A stretch of 64,000 bases of DNA from Felis catus (Eukaryota), in assembly GCF_018350175.1 (NCBI RefSeq), contig NC_058373.1, positions 111,974,001 to 112,038,000 of the forward strand, written 5' to 3'. Positions 25,533-38,710 of the stretch are shown here, one piece after another; the stretch's first letter is position 1, and each line of letters begins with the position of its first letter. The notes under the pieces are model-generated. The model was not told where the DNA came from. It searched no databases and was given only the letters and a program-made list of their open reading frames with translations. The position numbers and the translations under genes were made by a program.

Positions 25533-27259
25533 ATCTAGAGAAATAGTGATTTTAACAGTATGCCTAAAAAGACTTAAAAATGTGTACTTCTCTAGCTCAG
25601 GAACGTCTACTTCTTGGAATTTATCTTAAGAAAATTATCAGTAAATAGGACAACAATTTATGTAAAATAAAGCATGTAGATGTAGTATTTATTTGTATAG
25701 CAAAAAGTTGCAAACAGCCTGTATATCCAGTAATAGAAAACTGGTTAACTAACTTGTGATTTCACCTTACAAGGGAATACTGACCATTCATTAAATGACT
25801 TTTCATCACAGGAGGAAATATTCTTGACACAATTAAAAAGCAAGAAAGGAAACTATGCAGATTTTTAAAATTTGTGTCTCTTTAAAAAAGACTACAAAGT
25901 TTTCCAAACATTAAATAGTAGTTATATATGGGTAGTGGGATTACAGGTGATCTTTATTTTCTTCTTCACATTTTTCCATTATTAAAAAAATTATTTTACT
26001 TTGCAAATGTCATCATAACCCTCACTGCAAACACACATCTTTACATGGTATCCAGATTTGCAGGGCAGAGACAAAGTGGGAGAAGGGAATAAATGCTGCC
26101 TTGACCTCATGAATGTATTGTCTGAGCCTCATTGATTTCCACCTCTCATTGAGTCCCTGCCCCAGGTTGCCTGGCTGCACTTGGCTTCATTGTCCTCTCT
26201 GACTTACTGTGATGGGGGTTCATCAAAGGAACATGATGTGTCCCTATGACTGTCACCACCTTTCAAAGCCCTAGGAGTGTGCCTGTGTGCTTGAGCATTA
26301 TGACATAACAGCTTAGGGTCACTAAAGATACTTGCCCATAGAAGAGGAAGGTATTGTGAACCAGGCTGGAGCAGCTAATTGACTTAGCTATTTGCTTCCA
26401 GATTTATAAGACACCACTGCTGAGTAATTAAACTTACTGAGCTATTTCCACAAGATATTAACTTTATGTAATCCTCACTAAACATAAATTGAGAGCTGGG
26501 TTTGGATTTTGTTTTGCTGTTTTCCATTTTGGAATCAGTAATTAAAGATTATTCAATTATGATAATGTGTTTCTTTTAGGGATGGTCTTTGTAGCTGAAG
26601 CCTGATGAATACAATGCAGCTTGGAAGATAATGATTTTAAAAACTCTCCTGTAAAGTTCCAAGTGGAGGAGACATGCTTTCTCACTTTTTCTAGGCTAGT
26701 TGTTCTCTAAACTTCATTCCAGAACCATCTTTAACACAAGGCAGATGTTCTCCCCAGGGTTAAATAAAGATGGACAGGGTTAGGCAGTGCGTGTTAATGA
26801 CTTGGAGCCCAGGCACACCTGGCACCCTGGGGATCATGTTAGTACATTGTGGGCAGCAAGGGGAAAGGGCTCCAGGTCTAAGTCATGGCATAGAGTGGCC
26901 AGAAAGAAGAGCTTAGGGCTCTAGGCTGGCCCACAAGTCTCCAAGTTCAACAAGAAAGGCCCCACTCAGGCTATGCTGGCAGGTAGGGCTGCACAGCTTG
27001 GACTGGTTGCTTCTCTGCAAACCAGCTCTTGCCCAGGCTTCCCCAGCAGATGTTCACTGAGAGCTAGATGTTGATGCGCACGTAATCAACACTCCTGGTG
27101 AGCATGTAGTCAGCACTCCTTCTTGTGAGCACCTATCAGCCACTAGAGCAGAAGGCACATCCAGGTACAAAAGACCAACAAGTAGGCTCCTGGCTCAGCT
27201 CCTGGCTCAGCAGGATGCAGATCTCTCTCCTTGGTCCAACCTGTCTCTCTGGCAACCAG

Positions 27260-27445
27260 GCAGAAGTAGTAGAGGCTTCTGAATAAGGCTAAACTTAGGT
27301 TTTAAGTCTTTCTAACTTGGCCAAGTTTGTTTTGCTAAATCTCGTTTCCTCTTCTGCAAGGTAGGGATGATATCTGTAAAGCCAGCGTGACACCATGACA
27401 CTGGATAGAAGTGTGTAACATGGTTACTGACAGGTAACTGACACC
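27260..27445 (+). mobile_element. MIR SINE
   Basis: acttggccaagtt...tctcgtttcctcttctgcaaggtagggatgata. Confidence 0.55.
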
Positions 27446-27588
27446 CCAGGGCTGGCAGGTTATCCATTTCCTTCCACAGCTCCCAGTGCCTCACAGCCTC
27501 AGTGCCTCCTCTCATTCAATCCGTTATACCAGTGGCTACACTTTAGAGTCACCTAGAAAACTTGTAAAAACTACAAATGCTTGAGCCC

Positions 27589-28315
27589 TATATTAATTAT
27601 CTATTGCTGTGTAGCAAATCACTCCAAGCTTAGAGGCTTAAAAATCGTAAATGTAGTGGGGCGCCTGGGTAGCTCAGGTGGTTAAGCGTTTGACTTTGGC
27701 TCAGGTCATGATCTTGCAGTTGGTGAGTTCAAGCTCTGGATCAGGCTCTGTGCTGACAGCTCAGAGCCTGGAGCCTGCTTTGGATTCTGTGTCTCCCTCT
27801 CTCTCTGCCCCTCCCCTGCTCATGCGCACTTGCACATGCTCTCTCTCTCAAAAATAAACATTTAAAATTTTTTTAAAAAATCATAAATGTAGTATCTCAT
27901 GGTTTCTGTAGGTCTGGAATCTGGACACAGCTTAGCCAGGTGGTTCTGGTTCTGGTTTAGAGTCTCTCATGGTGCTGTAATCAAGGTGCCAGCTGGGGCT
28001 GCAGTGACCTGGGGGTTGGCCTAGGAAGGAGAATACACCTCTAAATTCGGCCACATGGCCGTTGGCCAAAGTTCTTCACCCCCTTCCATGGGGCTACTCA
28101 TGACATGACATTTTGGCTCTCCCCAATGCAAGTGATCTGAGAGAGGCAGAAAGCAATGCCACATTGTCTTCTAGGACCTGGTCTACAAGTCACATGCTTT
28201 CACTTCCATCTTGTTCTGTTCATCAGAAGAAAGCCACAAAGTCCTGCCCACATTCCGTGGGAGGGAATACCCAGGGAAAGGATCACGTTGGCAGTCCTGT
28301 CGGCTGGCCACCACA
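27589..28315 (-). mobile_element. MLT1 (E/F-like) solo LTR split by a SINE
   Basis: tattaattatctattgctgtgtagcaaatcactccaagcttagaggcttaaa...ggctggccaccaca. Confidence 0.75.
27658..27875 (+). mobile_element. SINEC_Fc
   Basis: TSD aaaaatc(g/a)taaatgtagt at 27640-27657 and 27876-27893. Confidence 0.97.
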
Positions 28316-29476
28316 GGTCCCAATCCCAGATTTCAACATAAGTGGTTTGGGACTCAAGCATCTTTTTTTTTCCTCTTAACTCTCTAGGTAACTCCAATAT
28401 ACCACCAAGGTCAAAGACCACATTCTATACAGTCTCTCCTAAGTTACCTTCTCTCTGGCACAACATGGTCAATTTAATCCCTCCCCTCAGTATGTCCTTA
28501 ATTGGCTCATTACCTCCTGCTGCTAAATTCTCTCAAGTCCTACACAATCAAGCCAGAAGCAGGGCCCTTCAGAAAGCAGATAGCAGTAGCAGAGAAGTCA
28601 ACGTCCAGATAAGAAAATAGCATCCCAAATTAACATGATATCAACACTGGAAGGCCTTTGAGTTCTGGAGCAAGTAGTTAGGCAAGGAGCCAGGCCAAGT
28701 CAGAAATCAGGAATGGTGAAGGGGCTGTGCATGCAGCCAGCAGGCCAGGAGACAGTGACATGTGACCAAAGCAAAGGGACTCCCTCCCCCACCAGCCAAA
28801 GCAGTCTTCTGGCTCAGCCCTAGCTGCCTTACTGCTCTTTACTCTCATGAAAGCCAATTCCAAAACATCTCCCTCAAGTGCCACAGGTGATGCCAGCCAG
28901 AAGCAGCCTGGAGTGTGAATCCCAAAGAGAACAGACAGTCCCAGCTTCCTGGCAGAGGCAGTTCCCCTAACACAAGCTGCCCTCAACCCCTCTTCCAGTA
29001 AGCAAGCTTTCCTGGCTCATTATAATGTTGGCATTGCCATCCACAGATGAAAGTCGCCTACAACAAAAATAAACATGAAATGATTATGACATCCACATCA
29101 GTGGGGAGTGAGGTGTCCATCATCACAGATGGCTTATTCATCTTTGTGTAATGAAACCCAAATTGTAATTGTATATTTCCAGCCTGTTCTCTCTCTCTGC
29201 TAAGTAAAGAGGTATCTGACTTTGTCTCTCTGATCAATTGCTGCCTGCTCTGGCCCCCTGGTCCTCTGTTCTTTTGTAGCACAGAACCGGGAGGAGAGGG
29301 AGGAATGGAAGGAAGAGGGATGAGAGCCAGGGCTTGGGGAGGGCTAAGCAGGGGTAGCTCTGAAGAGAGATGGGGAGTGTTTGCAGTATGGGAGGGAAAT
29401 GGATGAAAGAGAAAAGAGTTGAAAAAAAGAAACATTTCTTAGGATTAAGCCCTTGAAAAATGTCCAAAAATAGCTA

Positions 29477-29701
29477 TTTTTTTTTTAGTTTATTTATTGA
29501 TTTTGAGACAGAGAGAGCACACACAAGTGAGTGCAGGAACAGGGGAGAGGCAGAGAGAGAGGGAGAGAGAGAGAATCCCAAGCAGGCTCCATGCTGCCAG
29601 CGCAGAGCCCGACCCAGGGCTCAAACTTACAAACTGTGAGATGATGACCAGAGCCGAAATCAAGAGTTTACACTTAACCAACGGAGCCACCCAGGTGCCC
29701 C
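29477..29701 (-). mobile_element. CAN-SINE (Fc2-like)
   Basis: gagagaatcccaagcaggctcc...gagccacccaggtgcccc. Confidence 0.93.
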
Positions 29702-29849
29702 AAGATTAGCAATGAAAAAAGACTTAGTTATTTGGAAATTTTTTTTTAATTGGTGGACTATGATTTTTGATCATGATCATGTTTTGAGACTGGACCATGA
29801 AGGCCCCCGCTTGAATGAGATTACATTAGTATCCATATAGAGGTGAAGA

Positions 29850-30340
29850 GATATGGAGAGGTCATGGCACAACACTTAGGCACCGTGACTGACCTGGGGG
29901 TGTAGACAGGGAGCCACATCACACACAACCTTTTGTGCCTTCCCACTGTATCCTGTGAACAGTGGGGAGCCAGCCAAGAATTACAAACAAAGGAGTCATA
30001 GGATTGGGTCTGGGTGTGCAGGTGATGGAATGCAGGCCAACTGGTTAGCAGGTGTCAGTCCAGGTGAGAGATGATAAAGGCCTGTGCTAAGATAGTAGTT
30101 GGCAGGGGGTGGGGGGCAGGGAGTAAGGGGGGGGAAGAACTAGATATGAGGGACACTTACATGATGAAATCAGTCAGACTTAGTGCTTTAGTAGTTCTTT
30201 GATGGGAAAGGGAGCCAGGGGTACTCTGGAGAAGGAGAAGTCGAGGCCAACCCTAAGGGTCCAGCTTTGGTGTCTGGGGTGGGAGGTCATGACAGACTTC
30301 ATGAACATAGAGAATTCAGAAGGGGAGCAAGCACTGAACT
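29850..30340 (-). mobile_element. L2 fragment
   Basis: gtccaggtgagagatgataaaggcctg and ggggagccagccaagaatt, typical of antisense L2. Confidence 0.55.
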
Positions 30341-31594
30341 CTGGCTATAGGCAAGATGGACGGGAAAGGACCTGATCACACACAGTGATGATACATTATT
30401 CTTATGGCTCTCATTACTAGTAGGCTTCACTTTTACAACAGGTGTCTCTCAAACTTTATGGAGATGTAATATTTATCTAACTTTTTTTTCAATTACTAGG
30501 TTCTGCTATTCTAGGTACTAGGGATACCTCTATCACCCACAGCTCCCAGATATAATCCTGGGACTCCTTTGTTTGAAACTCTTCACCGGCTCCCCACTGT
30601 TTACAGGCTACAGTTCAAAGGCATAAAAGGTTATTTGTGATGTAGCCTCCTGTCTACCCCCAGTTCAGTCATGGTGCCTACGTGGAGTGCTGTGAACTCT
30701 CCATACCTTTCCACCTTTGTGCATTTACTCAGGCTCTTTGTGCCATTGGATTGCCATTCTGTCCCCACAACGTGCACCCCAAGCCCGCATCTGGAGGGCA
30801 TCTACTGTGTCTGTACTGCATCAGTTCAATTGTCACCCATCCTAGACGCAATTAATTCCCTCTTTATTTTCCCCACTGTGCCCCATAGATAATTCCATCC
30901 CGGTGTTTACAACCTTGACGCACCTATTATTTTGAATATCTGCCTCACTCAATGAGGTTGAAAGCTTCTTAAGGGCAGGACCTTACCCTGATAGTATGTA
31001 ATAACTATAGTGTTATTGCCATGAATATGGACGTGACCATTTCTTGAGCACCTAGTATGTGGCAGAGCCAGTGCTCTTTGTAACACCATGCTGCCTTTTT
31101 CTTTTTGTCATTTTTATTGCCAATGCCTAGCAAAGTATAGCACATTGGGAGGCACTCAGTAAACATTTTTAAACAAATAAATGGGTATCTATTTGTTGAG
31201 AAAAAGCAACAGGAAGTTTGAGTTTGTCTTGTTATTTCTCTTCTCTGGCACATATGAGGCCTATAAGCTGCTATCCTACTTCTAACCCCCAAAACTAAGT
31301 TTGCAGGAATAAATAAAGCAAATGTAACTAAACTTTAATATACATTTATATGCTTGTTTTTATATGAAAATTTCTAGGTCAATAACAGACGATTAGGGAA
31401 TTACTTTTAACAGTATTTTAATGAGAGGGAGGAAATACAAATATGAATATGAACTTTTAATCAAGTATAATCTATTATATAAATGTACCAACCTAGTAAT
31501 TATTTCTTCATTTTTTGTATGTGATTTGATCCCTGAAGTTTTGGGCACTGTTGCAAGTTCTTCATGGTGCAATTATTAATAATAATAAGTCTGA

Positions 31595-31805
31595 GGGGCA
31601 CCTGGGTGGCTCAGTCAGTTAAACATCTGACTTCGGCTCAGGTCATGATCTCACAGTCTGTGAGTTCAAGCCCCATGTCAAGCTCTGTGCTGATGGCTCA
31701 GAGCCTGGAGGCTTCTTCAGATTCTGTGTCTCCCCCTCTCTCTGCCTGTCCCCTGCTCATGCTCTGTCTCTCAATAATAAATAAACATTAAAAAAACTTT
31801 TTAAA
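31595..31805 (+). mobile_element. SINEC_Fc
   Basis: Typical body; flanking repeat taagtctga. Confidence 0.95.
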
Positions 31806-31908
31806 ATAATTTTTAAGTCTGATTTATGGGCATATGAAGCTTTATTTTACTATTTCTCTATTTTTGAGTCTGTTTGAAAGTTATTGTTATAAAAAGATGG
31901 AAGCTTTT

Positions 31909-32125
31909 TTTTTCTTTTTTTACATTTATTCATTTTTAAGGGACAGAGAGAGACTGAGCACGAGTGGAGGAGGGGCAGAGAGAGAGGGGGACACAGAATC
32001 CAAAGTAGGCTCCAGGCTCTAAGCTGTCAGCACAGAGCCCAGCCCGGGGCTTGAACTTACAAACCATGAGATCATGACCTGAGCCAAAGTCAGACACTTA
32101 ACTGACGGAGCCAACCAGGCACCCC
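31909..32125 (-). mobile_element. SINEC_Fc
   Basis: TSD tggaagctttt at 31898-31908 and 32126-32136. Confidence 0.96.
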
Positions 32126-33183
32126 TGGAAGCTTTTGTGAATGCAGCATTGTTTTAGGATCTCTCCTTAGTAGATTCAACAGTAACTTCATAGTGGTTCC
32201 CTTTTCCTCCTCTAAGCCCTCCCTTTTCCTAATAAGCAAGCAGACCACTCTCAGAGAGGTCGCTTTGGTGAGTGAGTGCTAGATCAGCTGTGACACATTA
32301 TGTATTTTATCTGGTGAAATCACTCCAACATGTGCAATGAATTCGCTTGATCTGATTTGCCTGGGTGATGTATGCAGCAGTGATTCAGGCCTAAACAGTC
32401 ACCTGGAGAGGCAATCCTTCTTCAGGGGACAGCCCAGGGAATATGAGATGTGGTCAGTGACAAGCATGATGACAGCCAGATTTATCTGTCAGTTGGGGGC
32501 ATGGTTAGTGACGTTCCTCAGCTTCAGGACAGGCTCCAAACTAAGCAGTAAGGCTGCTCAAAGTCTGCAGCCTGGAGCAAATAAGGATTTTCCTTAGTCT
32601 CTGAAAAACCTCAGCCAGACCTCTGAGTCTGGGAGAGTTACAGCTTAAAGCCCAGCAAGGCATTAACCAAGCTGTCATGGGAAGAGTAGATGTGCAAATA
32701 AATTTGATAAAGCCTCAAACTTTCCAAATTCCCAAGGGAGCAAAACTGGGTTCAGATTATTTTGTTAAGTTTTTAATGAGAGGCAGAAAACTAACATGGA
32801 AATAAAAATAAGTTTTAGAGTCAGATATAGATTCTGATACCAGAAAAGCCACCACTGGTTTGTAACTGTAGTTACTGGTTTGTAACCCAAGTTTACACTG
32901 TCTTAGGTAAAAGATAGTGATAATATCACAGAAATAATATATGTAAGGAACCAGCATGATGCCTGGAACATAGTTCTTAACAACTGATAGATGTATCGTC
33001 CTGGAAGATTTTTGACTGCAAGATTCCTAGAGGCACACAAGAGAGAAAATAAGTGTTGGTTTTATAGATTAGAAAGAACACACCAAGGAGAGCAAGAAAA
33101 TCATAAATTATGTGAAGGCAGGTGAAGAAGAGATCAGAGAAATTACTGGGCAGCCAACAGGAAGAGGAAAATAGGGACAGCTA

Positions 33184-33185
<2 letters not shown>

Positions 33186-33233
<48 letters not shown>
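33186..33233. repeat. Poly(T)48
   Basis: Seen directly. Confidence 0.95.
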
Positions 33234-33237
<4 letters not shown>

Positions 33238-33703
33238 AGATCTTAGTTTTTCAGGACTTGCTTCTGGTTTTACATGACATTAAATTATTAAAATTGAGCC
33301 AAAGTCTCCCGAACATTCAAAATCATGCTGTGTTGGTTTGGAAGCTTTTAGCACTGACACATGCCATTCCCACAGAGATGCACAAGCACTGGGACAGTGT
33401 TGGCCTGAATGGACCACAATGCCCACTGTTCATAAAAAGAAGCAGAAAGACAGTAGCTTAAGGGCCGCTAAACCAAGCCATTCAGTTACACTCCCTCCAT
33501 TTCCCCCATCTCCATAAAAACTTTACAGTTCATTAATTTTGTGGGATTTCAGGATCCCAAGTCTGTAATTCTTGGTTAGTGCTGTCCCATATGCTCTCAT
33601 AGAGAAGATGAGCAGAGCAAACGTGGTTCCCAGCTACACATCAGTGTGGACCCTGGGCTCAAACCTAGAGATGCAGCTTCAACTCAGATGTTTAACATCT
33701 GCC

Positions 33704-33728
33704 TGATTTATGGTCCCTTGATTTACGA
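33704..33728 (+). promoter_or_regulatory. Tandem PBX-HOX-like motifs (candidate enhancer core)
   Basis: TGATTTATGG (33704-33713) and TGATTTACGA (33719-33728) in non-repetitive sequence; function is inferred only. Confidence 0.35.
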
Positions 33729-35206
33729 AGAGAGCTGGTAAAAGCTGTCGGGGAGCATTTTGATGCCACTTGTGTTCATTTTCAGCAATAAATTTTAATG
33801 GTGTTGCAAGAGCAAATGTATCAGACAGCCAGAGTCTATTATGGTGTAAGGCCAGCAGCATCCTGGGAAAATCACAATATATATGGGATGCACAATCTAC
33901 CTTTAAGTATCATTTGGGGCATATTTTTAAAGACACAAAAATTAGGAATATAGGCATTCAGGTTCCCACAGCCATACTAATAGAGCCACATGATTGTCTA
34001 ACCATCAGGTTGGGTATGGCATCGAGTAGGGCAGACATGTGTCATAATTAGACCCAAAAGTCATTCAGCCATCTGCAGTGTGGAATTGTCAACCCTAATG
34101 GTCTGATTATACTTTGTGTTTATACTATGACATTTTACATGGCTTGTGCATTTTCTCCTAACTTGTTAAATAGTGTTACAGTAATTTACATCTCTCCCTT
34201 TCTCTCTTTGCCCTGGGTCTTTCCTAGTTCAGGAAACTTCACTTATTTTCACCCCAAAGCTTCACACAATTCTTCCTCGCATCAGTCACTCCCCCAGCCA
34301 ATCTCTCCTATAACTTATGGCCATCAATCCTTCTAAAGCTCCATTCTACTCATATCATATTCATTCTATTCATATCATTTCTTTGGTGCTCAAAAACCAC
34401 TAATGGACTTTCACATCTTTTAAAACACAGTCGTGACACATTTCACAACTAATGGGCTATATGGATCTGGTCTTCAGAGGGACCTTCCCCAGCTCCCCAA
34501 CTCTAGTTGTTTTTTGTCTCCCTCATTTGACATTAAAGTCTCTGACAGCAGAGATAGCACCAGAGTATAATAGGTTCTCATTAAATATTTGCTGAATTCC
34601 TAAATGAATGAATCTGCTCATACATAGTGTCTGACAATATGAACTACTAAAAGTTCTCCTGGAAAATAATCTGCAAATATCAATCTTCATTAAAATATTC
34701 ATAATTTTTGACCTTGAAATAATATTTGTGAGAATATGTTCTAAGGCAACCATTCAATGGGAAAATGATGTCTACAAGTAATATGAGGTATTGCTTATAA
34801 TAATGAAATGTCAGAATGAATTTAAAGCAATACAAGGATAGTTGAGTAAATTAAGGTAAATCCATTCAAATGAATATTAATATTATAAAGTCAATAAAAA
34901 TTACTATGAAAACTAGTCAGTGGCATGAACCATTTTTATTTTCTGTGTCTTCTTTGAAAAATATTGAAAATTAAAACTGTATCTAGTTTCAGCCACTTAC
35001 CTAACAAGGATGGTAAAAAAAAAAAAATACTTAGAAGTAAAAATGGTAGTACTATAGAAAAAAATTTCTTTCTTTGGATTTCAGTTAGTGTTATAGTGCA
35101 AGTAAAAAGATTGTCTTCCTGCCTAACAAAGGAGCACTTTAATGCCTCCCTAGATCCTATGGAATAAAATCCAGATCCAGCCCAGCATTCCACACATTGA
35201 ACAGTC

Positions 35207-35265
35207 TTTTATTTTATTTTATTTTATTTTATTTTATTTTATTTTATTTTATTTTATTTTATTTT
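35207..35265. repeat. (ATTTT)n microsatellite
   Basis: 11 perfect units at 35211-35265. Confidence 0.95.
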
Positions 35266-35289
35266 GAATAGTCTCTTTTTAAATCTATA

Positions 35290-36490
35290 TTTATAGGCTT
35301 ATTTCTTTTTCATTTTTGCTGGTGAGCTATAATATATACAAAAAGCACAGAAATCAAAATGGGGTAGGTCAATGATCCTCCATGAAGTGAGGTTCCATGT
35401 GACCACCACTTCCAGTAAGAAGAGAACATTCAGAATTCCCTCCTAATCCCTATCCTTAGCACCTCACAAGGGAAACTACCATCTTGACTTTTATTGTAAC
35501 CATTCCTCTGCTTGCTTCCACAGCACATACATTGTAACCATTCCTTTTGTTTCTTTATAGTTTTATCACATGAACATTATCCCTGAGTATCATATTACAA
35601 TTTGCTTTGAACTAATATAAATGGTATCATATATTTAAAATTGTTGGCTTCTTTTCATTCAATATTATATTGCTTATGCATTTTGCTATGTATGGCTATA
35701 TTTTGTTCATTTTGTTGACTGTCTGGCATTACATCACATGACTACACAGCACTCATTTATCCATTCTCTTGTTGATGGATATTAGGGTTCTTTTCGATTT
35801 GAGATGATCATAAATAATGATAAATAATGTAATACCTGCACACATTTCTTAGAACTCAGGTGTATATATTGCTGTTGATATATACATAGGAGCGGAACTG
35901 CTGGATCTTAATGTATGTGTATTTATAATGTAAGTACATAATGTTCAATTTCCTAAAGTATTTGTGCCAATTTCCATTCCCACCTGCAATGTATAGGAAT
36001 TTGGATTGTTCCATATCCTTCCCAAAACTTAATATTATCAATCTTAGGTTTTAGCCTATTCTAATTAGTATGAAGTGTTATCTCATTGTGGTTTTATTTT
36101 GCGTTTCCCAAGATTAATTAAATTTTTTATATGTTCATTGCTTATTCAAATATTCTCTTTTATAAAATACCTGTTCAGATCACTTGCCCGTTTTTCCATT
36201 AGGTTTGTCTGTTATTTTCTTATGGTTTTATAGAAGTTACTTGTATATTCTAGATGTAAGTTCCTTATTATATGTGTTGCAAATATCTTCACCACTGTGT
36301 TGTTTGCCTTTTAATGCTCTTAATTATATCTATTGAAGAACAGAGATTTTTAATTCCAGTAAAGTCCAATTTGCCACTTCTCCTTTATGATTATATGTTT
36401 ACTGTCCTGTTTGGAGAGCCTTTTCCCATCCAGAGGTCCTATTTTATAGAAGTTTCATTTTTGGCTACTGATGTTTAGATCTACAATCTA
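35290..36490 (-). mobile_element. Ancient L1M 3' region
   Basis: tttatccattctcttgttgatggat, ccattcccacctgcaatgtatagg, tatctcattgtggttttattttgc, ttgcaaatatcttccac. Confidence 0.8.
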
Positions 36491-37559
36491 CAACGAGGAA
36501 CTAATTTGGAGGTAGGTTTTGTGATGGTGCTGTTTCTTTTCTTTTGCCTCATTCTGCTCTTCCCCACCATTTCGTATAGCCTGTCTTTCATTCTACATAC
36601 TGTGCTCTCACCTTCTTCCCCAACTCTACCTGCCTTTTCTATCACTAGCTGTCTAGGCTCTACCCACCCACCAAGATATAGCTGATATGCAATCCCAACC
36701 CCAGTGCCTAGTGCCCAGAATTATTTCTATGCTCACTATCTCTCCCACCACATACTCCCAAAGCATGTTTTCAGAATCTTTTATTTATCTTTTAACATAC
36801 CTGTACACTGAAGACATGTAAAAATGATGTATCATCAGTAAATCTAATCAAATTTTTAAACTGTAAGTTCCCTAAGAAAAGTATCTATTTCATTTTTTAA
36901 TCATCCATGAATAATAAAGACTTGATATTTCCTACCAACCAGGAGCAAGGAGCCTCAAACAGGTTCAAATTAATCAGGGGAAATAAAGGAATGTGATATT
37001 TCTTTCATCAGAGCTGTGGGTTAAGAGGCACACCCCCTCAGTGGTCTTATTTTGCCCTTAGAATGTTTTAAGGGCCCACCAAAAACCAAAAGTTCTTCAA
37101 CTGCAAGATTCAGCGTACTTAAGGGGATGCCTAGAATGGCAGAGTTTGTAGAAGGTGTCCAAATACCTGCTGATAACTGATGAAATGCTAGAAGGTATTT
37201 TAAGAAACAAAGAACCAGTCAATTGTTTGAGATAGCAAATCTGGATTATTGAGGAGGCGAAGTGTCATTCATTTCTTTGCATTTATTCGACAAGTATTTA
37301 TTTACCATGTTCTAGGCACACGTGTAGCTGCTGTGTATATAGCAGAAAATAAAACAGACCAAGTCCCAGCCATCATATAGCTGGCAACCTAGTGAAGAGA
37401 AACAGATAACAAACTAATGAAATATAGGCATTGATATGTGTTATGATGCAAAGAAAGCAGGGAGAGGAACTAGAGGGGAGGGCAGAATAGGGGTTATTGT
37501 TTCAACCGGGGAGCCAGAGATTTAGATGACATGGCCAAATGGCTAAAGTGAAGAGCAGG

Positions 37560-38158
37560 CATAGCAGGCAGGATTTCCATCCCCATGGTCTCCATCCCTA
37601 CTGTCATTCTCATGAGTATGTTATTGTCTTGTGTTACATGGCAAAGGGACTAAGTAAGAGTACTAATTAATTGACCTTAGAATACTGAGATTATCCAGGA
37701 ATGTGGGGGTCAATCCAATGTCATGACCTGAGTCCTTGAAAGCGAAAAGCAAGAGTAGAAGGAAGTCAGTGTGACTCAAAGTGGGTGGATACAGCACACA
37801 CTGTCACTGGCTTGAAGATGGAGGGGCCACGTGAGAACGACTGTGGGATGGACTGTCGGCTGCCTCTGGAAGCCGAGAGGCAGAGGGATGGAGACCTCAG
37901 TCCTGCAGCCACAAGCAGACAAATTCTGGCACCAACCCAAATAAGCATGGAAGTGGATTCTTTCCCTGAACCTCCAGAAAAGAGCCCAGCAGCTGATACC
38001 TTGACTTCAACTTTGGGAGAGCCCAAGCAGAACACCCAGCCCCATCATGCCAGACTTCTGGCCAGAGAAATGAGAGATAACGGGTGGGGGGGGGGGTTAT
38101 TTTAAGATGCTAAATTTGTGGTGATATGTTACTCCTGCAGCAATAGAGAATGATTACA
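37560..38158 (+). mobile_element. MLT1E-like solo LTR
   Basis: gttacatggcaaagggac...ctggcttgaagatggagggg...taaatttgtggtgatatgttac...gcaatagagaatgattaca. Confidence 0.8.
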
Positions 38159-38710
38159 ATGGGTCATCTACTCTCAGGGAACCACAAGGTACTGGCCCTG
38201 AGCTGGGAACACACTTGGCGTGTGCTAAGAACAGCTCAGCCAGTGTGGTTGGAGCAGGGTGATGCAGAGTGGTGAGAGATGAGGTCAAAGATACAGTGAG
38301 AGCTGGACCACGAGGGACCTGATGGCTTTTACATTTTTACAGGAAGCTATTGGAGAGGTTTGGGCAGGAGAATGATGTAATAAGATTTACAGTTTAAAAG
38401 GATTTTAAAAGGATAACTCTTGCTGTCATGTAGTAATTCACTACAGGAAGGAAAGTATAGATGTAGGAACCATCAGGAATCTATTGTCCTAGTAGATGAG
38501 AGATCATTATGTCTGGGAGGTGAGATGAAGTTAAATACAAAATATATTTGAAGATACAGCCACCATGATTAGCTGGTGGGGTGGAGGTGGAGTAAGAGAG
38601 GGTGAGATGTGGGGATGCGAGGAGGTAGTTGGATGCATAGGTCCAGAGACACGTACAAGGAACTGACAGCAGATAGAGGTGATTTAAAGCCGGGAGACTG
38701 GAGATTTCTT

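Larger units (their letters stand above)
27530..28422 (+). mobile_element. MER5A-like element split by an MLT1 LTR
   Basis: 5' part tggctacactttagagtcacctagaaaactt...atgcttgagccc (to 27588); 3' part at 28316-28422. Confidence 0.6.
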
